Part shown: piece after piece, positions 1 to 10,256 of the stretch
Position numbering within the stretch: position 1 is the stretch's first letter
Layout: every line of letters starts with the position of its first letter
DNA from: Fistulifera solaris
Lineage: Eukaryota
NCBI GenBank assembly: GCA_030295235.1
Contig: AP026129.1
Span: forward strand, 992,001-1,056,000
DNA length: 64,000 nt
Reading direction: 5' to 3'
Position numbers and translations under genes: made by a program
The notes under the pieces: generated by a model
What the model was told of the DNA's origin: nothing
Seen by the model: the letters and a program-made list of their open reading frames with translations, nothing else
The model's database searches: none

Positions 1-2
1 TG

Positions 3-524
3 GCGGGTGCCATTGTGTACGGGTGTAATTATCTACAGAGCATTACGCCCCAATTACAAATGGGAGGAGAAGGAATGTACATTGCAGCAAATCAGTCGCT
101 GATAAGTAATTATACTTTAAAATACACGATTCCGGCGTCGACGGGAGATGAAACATCGGCATTGCCTGGTGTTGCCAAGGGACCCGAACGAAAGGGGTCG
201 TCCATGATGTGTGTGAATTATAATACCGCTCAGAATGCGCTCTCGCTGAACTACAAGCGCGTTGTTACTCCCAACCGAGTCACCCTTGGTGCAGAATTAC
301 AGTGCAGTCCCTTGACGCTAGAATCGCAAGTTCTTCTTGGAGCCGAATTCAAGCTACACCGGAGCCGATTTGCCATTTGTGTTGATGGGGGTTTGCGAAC
401 ACAAAGTATACTGGAAGCGAAATTGGGCGTTGCTCCCGGAAGTCCTACTTTGAACTTTTCTGCTGATGTCGATCACTTGAATGATGCTATGCGATTTGGT
501 TACGGCATCACCATTGAAGGTTAA
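3..524 (+). CDS. TOM40: Mitochondrial import channel Tom40, 3' part (5'-truncated by window edge)
   Basis: Open frame from position 3: ...VYGCNYLQSITPQLQMGGE..., Y-KRV...VTLGAEL, and a C-terminal beta-signal-like MRFGYGITIEG. These are typical of the eukaryotic porin/Tom40 family. Confidence 0.85.
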   Translation, partial: AGAIVYGCNYLQSITPQLQMGGEGMYIAANQSLISNYTLKYTIPASTGDETSALPGVAKGPERKGSSMMCVNYNTAQNALSLNYKRVVTPNRVTLGAELQCSPLTLESQVLLGAEFKLHRSRFAICVDGGLRTQSILEAKLGVAPGSPTLNFSADVDHLNDAMRFGYGITIEG

Positions 525-1078
525 GTTTTCCGAGTAATACATAAGGTCTTTTGTCTCCTCCCCTTTCCTCTGCTTGTAAGAAAAAATACGAGTTGTTATT
601 AACGTCGTTACCTGGTACTTGGCGTTGTCTTCTTGTTCCCTCATTTTGATTGTCGCACCTGGTGCACTCAATCAGACTCTGAAACTATTTGTTCCTAAAT
701 TGAGTGTAAATCCATTTTTATATTTGCAGTGCACCCATTAACTAATCTCCCAGTCTCCCAACGCGTGCAGACGAGTTTTACTCAGTTTACAGAGCTGCGA
801 TCTGCGATTGATCCCTAGCACGCTAGCACTGCCTACATGCAACGGATAACGAAGATTTTCACGACCATGGTCCATGCGTCTTCCGTTCTGGGAAACGATC
901 GATTAACCCATTTACTAAGGTTACAGAAGATACGGACGGAATTTTTGTTACGTCACTTCAAGAACGAGAAAACGACGACAAACCAACATGATAGAGGCAA
1001 CAAAGCGATCCGCTGTTACAAGTACCTTTCAAGTTTACCTTTCCTATCTTCTCCAATCAACAACCCGTGATACGCAAG

Positions 1079-1798
1079 ATGTTTCGCCTAGCCCTCTTTC
1101 TCCTTCTCAGCGCTTCTTCTCTCGCTTTCGTTCCTCAACAAGGACGGTTTCATCAAACGACCGACCTAGCAGCGTTGAACCGTCGTGATGCTCTCGGTTT
1201 CGCCTTTTCTGCTATGATCGGGGCTGCGGCGACCTTGCCAACGGAAGCTGGGGCGGCTAGTAATCCCGCGTTGGAGACATTTAAGGGAGGAAAGAAGACA
1301 AAGGGGTCTTACATTCCTGGAAAAGGTCTTCGTGATCAAGCAACATTCGACGAACTTGTTGCTGCTTCAAACCCGGCCCTAGAGACATTTAAGGGAGGAA
1401 AGAAGACAAAAGGGTCTTACATCCCTGGAAAAGGTCTTCGTGATCAAGCAACATTCGAAGAACTTGTTGCCGCCTCAAACCCGGCTCTAGAGACATTTAA
1501 AGGCCGAAAAGCCACCAAGGGATCTTTTATTCCTGGTAAGGGAATGCGAAACAGCGCCGTTTTCGACGAACTTGTTGCTGCTTCGAATCCTGCTCTAGAG
1601 ACATTTAAAGGCCGAAAAGCCACCAAGGGATCGTTTATTCCGGGTAAGGGAATGCGAAACACCGCCGTTTTCGACGAACTTGTTGCTGCTTCGAATCCTG
1701 CTCTAGAGACTTTCAAGGGTGGTAAAAAGACGAAGGGAGCTTACATCCCCGGAAAAGGTCTCCGCGATCAGGTCTTGTTCGATCAATTGTTTTCATGA
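1079..1798 (+). CDS. Predicted thylakoid-lumen tandem-repeat protein (signal peptide, plastid transit peptide, twin-arginine signal, 5 x 36-aa repeats)
   Basis: ATG at 1079. MFRLALFLLLSASSLA-FVP is an ASAFAP-type cleavage site. NRRDALGFAFSAMIGAAATLPTEAGA has RR, a hydrophobic core and AxA. Five ASNPALETFKG..KG..IPGKG.R repeats follow. Confidence 0.85.
   Translation: MFRLALFLLLSASSLAFVPQQGRFHQTTDLAALNRRDALGFAFSAMIGAAATLPTEAGAASNPALETFKGGKKTKGSYIPGKGLRDQATFDELVAASNPALETFKGGKKTKGSYIPGKGLRDQATFEELVAASNPALETFKGRKATKGSFIPGKGMRNSAVFDELVAASNPALETFKGRKATKGSFIPGKGMRNTAVFDELVAASNPALETFKGGKKTKGAYIPGKGLRDQVLFDQLFS
1256..1795 (+). repeat. Coding tandem repeat, 5 x 108 nt
   Basis: The GAGAC anchor (codons E-T) recurs at 1274, 1382, 1490, 1598 and 1706, exactly 108 nt apart. 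Synonymous differences between copies. Confidence 0.95.
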
Positions 1799-1872
1799 AA
1801 ACTTAAGCTTTAATTGTATGCATGAAAATTGGTTGCAGAATTACATGCTCAATTATTTTCAAGCCTAACATA

Positions 1873-3327
1873 CTAGCCAATGCGCTTGATTACAGCGACA
1901 AAGAAACCTCCTGAGTCATGATCTTGGGGCCACAGCCTTACACATCGGTCTAGGTGCAAATCGTTCGTAGAAAGAGGAGGCCACATCGAAGTACAGGCTT
2001 TCTCCATCTTTGCTTCGACTGCATCTTCATACGAGGAATGCCATCTGAGCTGGACTTTTTCATCATCCTCTTGATCCGTATCCCCGACGTAATCAGCAAC
2101 CTTCCATTTGGTTACACCAGGGCGACCGATAAAGCCTTCCATGACTGGCCATTGTACTAATTCAAAGGCAGGCTGCCCTCCTCCTTTCTTCCGCTGCGAC
2201 AGTGCTGCTGCGACCACGGCTTCGTTCTCAATAGGATTCATACTGCATGTGCTGTAGGTCATCACTCCGCCCACCTTGAGACACTTGAGCGCCCGTGCCA
2301 AAATATCCACTTGCAAGCGGTGCAGCGCGTTGCTCGTGGCAGGAGTCCAGTTGGTTAAGACGCGAGGATCTTTCCGAATCGTACCGTCCCCGCTACAAGG
2401 AACATCGCATATGATGCAGTCATAGAGTTTATCTTCTTGCAGTGGGATTGGGAAGTGACTGGCATCCAGATTACTAAACTTGATTTTGCTTGAGAACGAC
2501 ATACCGGATCGGGTCATGGATTCTTGCAAGCTTTCCAGGCGTTGCTTGTTGATATCGTTCGCTTTGACGGATCCTCTCGTCATGATTTCCAAAACCTGCA
2601 TAGTTTTACTACCGGGAGAGGCGCATAGATCCAGGACCCGCTTCGTTTCAGAAGTCAACCATCCTCCGCGATGCAGAACCAGTACAGGCAACATGCTCGC
2701 CAACTCTTGACGAGCAATTTTGCCATTTTGAGAATTTGTCACGAGAAACTCTTTTAAGGCTGGAGAGCTTTGTAACAATGACCCTTTGTTTACATTCGAT
2801 GACTTGGCTTGATAGATGAGAGGATCAAACGAACACGGAGCGACCAAATCAGAAAATTGTTCCACGATGAGTCGTTGTAGGGTCTCCTTTTCTTGCGAAG
2901 GGAGGTTCTGTCGGATCCGAAACGTGAGAGAAAGTGCTCGACTCAAACTCCCAATAAAATCCCGAATTGTATCAGCAGATTCATATGCTGCGAATGCCTG
3001 ATGTAATCTTTCGTTTTCAGGTGATTCGCTTGATTCATTTATTTGTACAGAGTCGACCACTAGATCGATTCCTTCCCTGTCGTTGTTCGGCTGTTTCTTT
3101 TTCTTGCGACGTTTCGCTGCTCGTGATTGACCACAGTTCATTTTGGTTACATGTTTTGCGACAGGAAATTCTTTCACTGTTCCATCCGAGCAAACGCCCA
3201 ATGGTTGACATGCATAATATTCAATGAACAATTGGAAAGCTGCACCCGATTTGCGATGCCACAGTAGGTCGGCTTTACTATCACTCTTTCGAGCCGCTGC
3301 GAGTGGATTGTTAGATCGTTTCGGCAT
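1873..3327 (-). CDS. NOL1/NOP2/Sun family RNA (cytosine-C5) methyltransferase (NSUN2/Trm4-like)
   Basis: Motifs RQELASMLP, VLDLCASPGSKT, DVPCSGDG, YSTCSMNPIENE and GGFFVA. Confidence 0.9.
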   Translation of the reverse strand: MPKRSNNPLAAARKSDSKADLLWHRKSGAAFQLFIEYYACQPLGVCSDGTVKEFPVAKHVTKMNCGQSRAAKRRKKKKQPNNDREGIDLVVDSVQINESSESPENERLHQAFAAYESADTIRDFIGSLSRALSLTFRIRQNLPSQEKETLQRLIVEQFSDLVAPCSFDPLIYQAKSSNVNKGSLLQSSPALKEFLVTNSQNGKIARQELASMLPVLVLHRGGWLTSETKRVLDLCASPGSKTMQVLEIMTRGSVKANDINKQRLESLQESMTRSGMSFSSKIKFSNLDASHFPIPLQEDKLYDCIICDVPCSGDGTIRKDPRVLTNWTPATSNALHRLQVDILARALKCLKVGGVMTYSTCSMNPIENEAVVAAALSQRKKGGGQPAFELVQWPVMEGFIGRPGVTKWKVADYVGDTDQEDDEKVQLRWHSSYEDAVEAKMEKACTSMWPPLSTNDLHLDRCVRLWPQDHDSGGFFVAVIKRIG

Positions 3328-3654
3328 TGTAACTGCACTTTATTCTTTCTTTCTAAGTTTACCTTTCGAGTTATACTATGGTATGTTTTCTTTGTTACCA
3401 GACAAGTTCTTTCCTGTTGCATTTTTTCTTTTCTTGGGTTAATTGGTGAAGGAAAGAACGGAGATCGCCGTAAGTCCTCCGTCCGTCTCGGCGAAAATCC
3501 GAATGTGGTAACTTCACTTTCGGCTGGGAAATATCCTGCCCTGGCGACTATTCTGGGTGTAGTCGATCAAAGGAATTATTGTGATCGTGTCATTGTTTTT
3601 CATAGATTGTTGCTGATGTTGGGTTACATGGATTATCTGTCTATATCGCCAGTA

Positions 3655-4085
3655 CTTGTTCATGACTGAAATCCAGTCGTGGAATCGTCAAGCCTCCAAA
3701 TTGGACCATAGTAAAACGGTAATGCAACGATCTGCAGACATTTTCAACCTTATTGAGAGAGGCGTACATTTCAAATGCTGTTCAAGCTAATCGCATCGCA
3801 GTGAAAGCAAATCAAGCTAACCAAGCTGACAGAAGTATAGCAAATTCGGTACCGTAGCTGTGTCGCTCGAATGACTAAGTGTTCATGACCAAAATTCAGT
3901 CTTGGCAACGTTGCGCCAATAATTTGCACAGCCCATAAGAAAGCGGTAATGCAACGACTACAGACACTCCAGACGGTATCAAAACATCATTCATCGAGGC
4001 TTGCGTTTCAGATGTTGTTCAAGGTAATTGTATCGCGACGAAAGCAATTGGAGCCTACCAAGCTAGCAGAAGTACAGGATTACTA
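3655..4085. repeat. Degenerate intergenic tandem repeat, 2 units, ~225-235 bp period
   Basis: tcatgactgaaatccagtc (3660) vs tcatgaccaaaattcagtc (3883); cggtaatgcaacga (3717, 3944); tttcaaatgctgttcaagctaat vs tttcagatgttgttcaaggtaat; ccaagctgacagaagta vs ccaagctagcagaagta. Confidence 0.8.
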
Positions 4086-4271
4086 GGCTGGTATAGTGTG
4101 CAGTGCAAAGGTGACTTGATTGTGATAATTTTTTCCGTCACCGAAAGGAAATTTGTTGAAAACCTTATGTAAATACCAATATAAATTTATAATTAAGTTT
4201 GCCTGGATTCTCGTGGCATGGAATAAGGTAGCTAGAGTGCCTCGTTTTCAATGAATTAATGCTTTCTACTT

Positions 4272-5329
4272 TCACGTCTTTTTCACTACACCATCATGAT
4301 CGACGATTTGTTGAAACATGTCCCGCAATGTATCATCCAACGAGCGATACTCCATTTTCAGTATCTGTTTCGATTTGAAATTGTCGACGTTTCGTGGAAT
4401 ATCAACCATATTTTCGACAAATTTGCGTTGTACTCCAAAGAAGGGTGCCACGAGCCAAACAATGATTTGGGCACGACAGATTGCGGAATGGGATAGTCGG
4501 GAAACATTCGACGGAGACGATTGGCTACTTGCACAAGATCCGTCGATTCATCGCCCGATAACAAGAAGCGACCTTTCGCCGACAAGGAATAGGCAGCGGT
4601 GATGTGAGCGCGTGCCACATCACGGACATCCACCACACCCATTCCCACCCGGGGAATTCGAGACAAGCTAGTCAATTGTTGTAACATGCGAAAACATTCG
4701 TTTGTTTCGTGATATTTCAATCCAGGACCCATCACGACTGTGGGATTCATCGTCACCATTGACCATTGTGTTTGTGATCCGGCTATGACCCACGCCGCCT
4801 GTTCCGCCAATGTCTTGGACAAGGAATATGGCTGATATTGCAAAGTAGCGGTGCGATTCCAATTCAATTCATTGACGATGTGATGAGGATTGCTTATAAA
4901 GCCTTCCCAATTGTCGGCACACATGGCGGCGGCGGAACTGGTGAGTACCACGCGCCGTACCGATGGTGTTTGCGTCGCTTGTTGCAACACGTTTTCGGTT
5001 CCCTGCACGGCCGGATCAATGAGATCTCGTTTCGCGTCTTTCACTTGAAGAGTAAATGGAGATGCGGTATGAAATACAATAGAACAATTTTGCATGGCTT
5101 GCGCAAAACTACCATTGTGTTGCAAGTCTGCCTCAAAGAATCGAATGGTTCCTTTCGATTCATTCACGACATTTTGAATGTACCGAAAGCGCTCTGGTTT
5201 CGAAGTATCACGAACGGTGGCATGAACCGTGATTCCTTGCTGTACCAGTTCGCGGATAAGAACACCGGCAATATATCCCGTTGCGCCCGTCACTAGAACG
5301 GGGGAAGATGGATCTAGAGGGCCTGTCAT
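4272..5329 (-). CDS. NAD(P)-dependent epimerase/reductase (extended SDR; dihydroflavonol-4-reductase/aldehyde reductase-like)
   Basis: TGATGYIA, VFHTASP, LTSS and the catalytic YSLSK motif. Restoring one base in the run at ~4466 gives the expected C-terminus PKIIVWLVAPFFG...DTLRDMFQQ, with stop at 4272. Confidence 0.88.
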
Positions 5330-5592
5330 GATCGTTCGGCGGAGTTTTCGTGTCGCTACAAGCATCCCTTTCGTTACATATCGACTCTCGAAGACTGTTG
5401 CATATGAAAGAAGGGGTTCTTAGGCATGAAACGGGGAGTAATGTAAGCCGGATCTGGTCAATGCTGATCATGTTGCGCTGATTGACGTCGTTTTCTTAGG
5501 GCCACGCGCCTCATTTTTCTTGTTCGTGACTTAAGATGCAGTCAGTCGGGGAGAAAGGTCGCCTACTCTTACTTTCACTTTGGGATTCTGAT

Positions 5593-5615
5593 TCATGACT
5601 GAAATGCAGTCGTGG
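5593..5615. promoter_or_regulatory. Dispersed palindromic motif TCATGACTGAAAT(C/G)CAGTC in a divergent promoter
   Basis: 22/23 identical to 3660-3682. Reverse-complement copies at 23243, 23464, 33911 and 34125. Confidence 0.5.
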
Positions 5616-5781
5616 TTATGTTGAGAAAACACTTTAGAGTGATACGTGGTAGCCGCGAGTGCAATACATCGCGTTGTACCAGTACCAGTATTTTTTTATG
5701 AGTATTCCATGATGTCTTATTGTGATCTATTCGCATTACATCTATTAGAAAAAGGATTGCGAAACAATACAATTTGACACA

Positions 5782-7549
5782 ATGGCAACATCTACGGCAG
5801 CACGCCTTTTCTGGAGCTACCAAGCTCCTCTGGCGGGCGCAATAGTGGCTCACAAAGCGTTCTCCATTCATATTAAGGATGTGACGGCGTGCGAGAAAGC
5901 TTCGACAAATAATATCAAGCTACAATCCAGAGTACGTTTCTGTGTCGAGTATTTTTTTAGACAAGACTTTGAATCAATCAATTCGTTCCCAGTATACCTG
6001 TGCTTACTTGCTTCCTGTGTCGATATTCAAAACAGATGACATCGATTGGACACTTCTCGGTCGTTTCCGAAACCACACACAATCCCAGCATTGTGACCTT
6101 TGTCATGGCGTTGACGGGTTCGACACCCTTGACCGCACAAGAATTTTCTCGCTTATGGCGCGAACGCGCTATGGAAGAACGTCATCCTCGTTTTCATAAG
6201 AAAATAGTGGATGGCTCGAAATTCATCCCCACGGACGACCCGGTAGAAGATCATTTAACAGAAACAACGTTTCCTGTCGTGCCCCGCACGGATGTCAAAA
6301 CACGGATTCAGCAGTTGCAAATGACGCCGTGGGATCTGTCGGAAAAGTTGTGGCATATGTGGATTGCCCCGTGGGGAAAACTGGGAGCTTCGGGGCTCAT
6401 CGATCCGGAGGAGACGATATCCGATGCTGACAGCAAAGATGAGAGGAAAGGAGAGAGTTTGCTGTTCTTTCGAGCGCATCATGCTTTGGGTGATGGGGCA
6501 TCCATGACGGCGGCTTTTTTGGATGTATTGGATGAAGCTGCAGAGATTCAACAAGAAATCATCGACTTTCTTCGAAAGCTTCGAAAACGCGGCGAGCGAA
6601 CGAAAGGGTTTTGGCAGGCACTAGGAAAAAAGATGAAAAAATTTCTTGTGTTTCTATTCGGAAGTCTTAGAGCTCTCTTCTATCAAATGACTTTGTTTTG
6701 GCACATGCTTTGGGAAACGGATTCCTGGTCACAAATTCGGAAATTGATACGGGCCGAAGAGCAACCTCAACGAACCGTTTCTTGGTCGAAGGCCGCCCCG
6801 TTGGAGCAAGTGAAGTGGGTCGCCCAGCAGCTGAGTGTCGAAGGCAAAAGATTACCGTTAATGACATATTTTGTGCTTGTGTTTCGGTGGCTATCGGCAA
6901 ACAACTATCGGAGCATCGAAGCAGGATCCAGGCAATTTCGACTGACTCAAACCCTACGATAATTGCGAAACAGGAGCATTTCAATATTGCGTTCCCAGTG
7001 CACTTGAAAGGCGGGGTGGTGCTTCCGGGAGAATCGGTGGGGAATAATCTAGGAGCTTTTGTTGTCCGCGTTCCCGGTGAAGGAGACGACCCTGAAAAAG
7101 ACGACCCATCTCGATCGCCATCGCACCAACGACTACTCCAGGTACATGATACCTTGGCGACTGCCAAAAGCATGCCGTTTGCGATTCTCAGTCACATTCT
7201 TGCGAAAGGCTTTTCGTACGCGTCCGCAGTTCTACCCACTCGCTTCGTTGGATGGATATACGCTTGTTCTAATGGAGGATCCATTGCCGTGATTAGTAAC
7301 AACAGAGGACTCCCCAAACCGGTCCATCTCGGTGGTCGGCGAGTTGAAGCTATTTATGGTTTTGTACCACTCCCACCAGGTATTCCTATCGGCGTTGTTG
7401 TGATGAGCTATGCCGGTAATGTTAATTTGACGATCACTGCAGAACCCTGGGCTGTACCGGATGCCGATCAATTCCTCGTTTGGGTGTTGGAGGAGTATAG
7501 CAACCTTTTGAACGCCGCACGTCAGGACAGGAGTCATAAGAAATTGTGA
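5782..7549 (+). CDS. Wax ester synthase/diacylglycerol acyltransferase (WS/DGAT)
   Basis: Catalytic HHALGDG (HHxxxDG), ITVND, GNNLG, ISNNRG and VMSYAG. In-frame intron 5932-6035. One homopolymer frameshift at ~6846 joins the two ORFs. Confidence 0.88.
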
Positions 7550-7629
7550 AAAAGAAGTCTGAATACAAGGGAGGAATAAAGCTGATAGTATGAATGTAAC
7601 GTCTATTTACATAATACTGAAGCTATTCA

Positions 7630-9401
7630 TCAACCATGGGCAGTCGGTGGATTCTGGTGCGGTGCAGTCGGTTGAGGACGCACGTAGATAGTGTCAAGCT
7701 CGTCTTTGCCGTTTCCACCACGGATTTGGAAGCAAACGAAAACTAGACACAAGAATCCGACGGCACCTCCGACGGCTATTCCTGCGATTGCGCCTGTAGA
7801 CAGACCTTCCTTCTCTTCAACATAATGCTCGCTGCCAACGCAAACACCCGTATCAGATGCGTTATTGTTGACGCAGCATGTGCTCTCTGCGTAGGTGAGT
7901 TCTTTCGCGTCGTCGTTGGCAAGCAGGTTGTCTGGGTACTTGCTCGAGTCGGTATACTGCGTGGCAATCGTCTCGACTAGATCATCCGCACTGCATACAT
8001 CCTCTGCGTACCGAGACTCTTCTCCTCCTCAGGCCGCCCGGTAAGAATCGAGTTCGCACTGGGTAAGCTCTAAAGTAGGACAAACCGCTACGGATCGACG
8101 GGCTAGTTGGGCGATGGACTCGGTGCTGTTGTCGGTTTCAAGGGCCTGATTGAGTGCTTCAAGGGCAATATCGATAGCTACGACGCCTAAGAAGAGATGA
8201 GGCGATTTGGTGCGATCGTACAGCGGAGCAGAAACGGTGGTGCCGAGGGTGTTTCCAATAGCGAAGCTATAGGGCTCAACCCAAGCCTTGAAATCAACAT
8301 TCCCATTAATCCCCAGACCCAAAGCGAAGAGTCGATAATAGCTCGATAAAGCCTCCACGATTTTGTCATCACTGACAATCCTGGACCAAGTTCCAAATTC
8401 AGTGGAACAAGCCAGCTCTTTCGGGTGTGTGTGTACGTTTTCTGCTTCTGATACAGAATAGGAAAAGTACATCACTGGCTTGCCGATTGTGGTAGATGAT
8501 GCGTTGAGGTGGCGCGTCACCAAATCAGTGACATTGGCCGGTGTTATATCTTCCGGGTCGGTCATCTCGCCGTCGGTGAAGAACAAAATGGCCGAATTAC
8601 AAGGGACTGCGAGCTCAACTCCTATCAATCCACGAGAATGGCTTTATTCGCCGTAGTAGCTAAGTAAAGATACATGTTTTCATCAGCGAGGACTTGTGCC
8701 GTTTAGTCAAAAACAACGATAGCGACGCGATCGCTGATGGTCAATGTCTCGATGACTCGAATTGCGGCTTCTTTCATGAGCGACATTCGTGCACCTTGCA
8801 TCGACCCAGACTTATCCAGTACGAGGACAATGTTCTTGGGACCACTACTACCGGCAACATACCAGGGGCGAACTGTAGGATCATAGATTCCGCGTTTTTC
8901 AGAATGACGACCTGGGTAAATACGAAAGGCCCCACTGGTACTTCCGAAATACATCGCTCGGGGTTGCACCTTGATTTCCTCCCAGAGAGCACTATCTTGT
9001 TCATTGCGCTGAATCAACCAGTCATCCATGAAACGACTGAAACAGACCGATTCAATCACCAGCGGGTCGGTCACGTCGGTGCCCGGGGCGATGCGATAGA
9101 CGCTCTTGGTGAAATCGACAAAACCCGAGCACTCGTCCCCTAAGCCACAGAGTGGGTTACTGAAATCCGGACCCGAGGGACAAGTTGGATTCGGCATTGC
9201 CGACCAGCTCTCGTCGTAGCTCGCGGCCTGACACTCCATCAAGGAAGTCTCATCGCAACGCTTCTCGAGATAGAGGCTTTCCATGAAATCGCGATACTCG
9301 AGGACATGGCTCTCGAGTTTCGCGACGACTTCTTCAAAGCGAGCGGTGTTTAGGGCGCAGACCGATGCTGTGAAGACGAAAAATAGGGTAACTCTCATCA
9401 T
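7630..9401 (-). pseudogene. Disrupted tandem copy of the alpha2delta-like vWA membrane protein gene
   Basis: Colinear with 10257-12152, but has a nonsense TAA at 8703 (VVFD*, GAA in the paralog), a ~80-nt deletion near 8625, a TGA at 8029 and a small indel near 7843. These lesions are not homopolymer-type. Confidence 0.8.
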
Positions 9402-10256
9402 CTCTCAACAGATCGTTTTGAATACTGGAGGAACGGTTTGTGAGGCGCAAAGGATTTGTGTCGTGATTCGAGATCTTATGAAGCGTGACATTTGTCTGCC
9501 GTTGCGGTGGTACGGTACCAGGTACCGGTACCGGTATCTTTCACAGTGGGCTATATAAAGAAGAATCAAAAGATTTTTCACGATCCACGACTCCAGAAAA
9601 AGCTTTTGCTTGTCCTCAATGTCTTGGCAAGTTTCTCTTGTCGTTAGGGCTTTACTTACGAGGATAAAGGTACCGGTATCTGAGAAAGATAAGAATGCAA
9701 TAGATGCTAAAGCTCGTAAGGTCGTAAAAACGTCTTAGAGTAATTGTGCGTTAAAGGCTAGCAGCAAGGTGTTGAAGAGGAAACCCCGAAGGGACGAAAA
9801 CCTCTCGGACGTGGTGAGGGGATATGCCGTACCATGACAGAGGACCGCATATTTTACTTGTTGGTACGTATGTCGGACAAGTACGGAAACTGTAAGGACT
9901 GGACCGACGTCAAAGATCGCGGACGAGTACCTGGTACCGTACTTTAGATTGCCAGGTGCCGGAAGGATCTTTTGCAAAAGTTCGATTTGCACTGTCGGCT
10001 AGGGGGCAAATTTATTCTGTTTTCAAACTTCTTCAATTCTTAAAGGATCAATGATTCATCGAAATTCATCCCCTCGGATGTGTTCATCATTTAACTCCAT
10101 CCTTGTTCCTTTCGTAGGTCGGTCTAATGTCTACTGATGTCAGCCCCACATACTGAGGCGCGAGGCGGAAGGTGACGAGTTCCGTCTTAACAGCCATGAT
10201 GAGTAAACATGCAACAAATGATATACAGACGTGAATTCTCTAATAAATAATTGCGC

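Noticed and set aside
1256..1795. CRISPR-like array
   Set aside because: The units are whole in-frame coding repeats with synonymous variation; there are no unique spacers and no cas genes.
6110..6140. tRNA T-loop-like GGTTCGACACCC (similar strings at ~12584 and ~18913)
   Set aside because: No cloverleaf could be built around any of them, and the first lies inside the WS/DGAT CDS.
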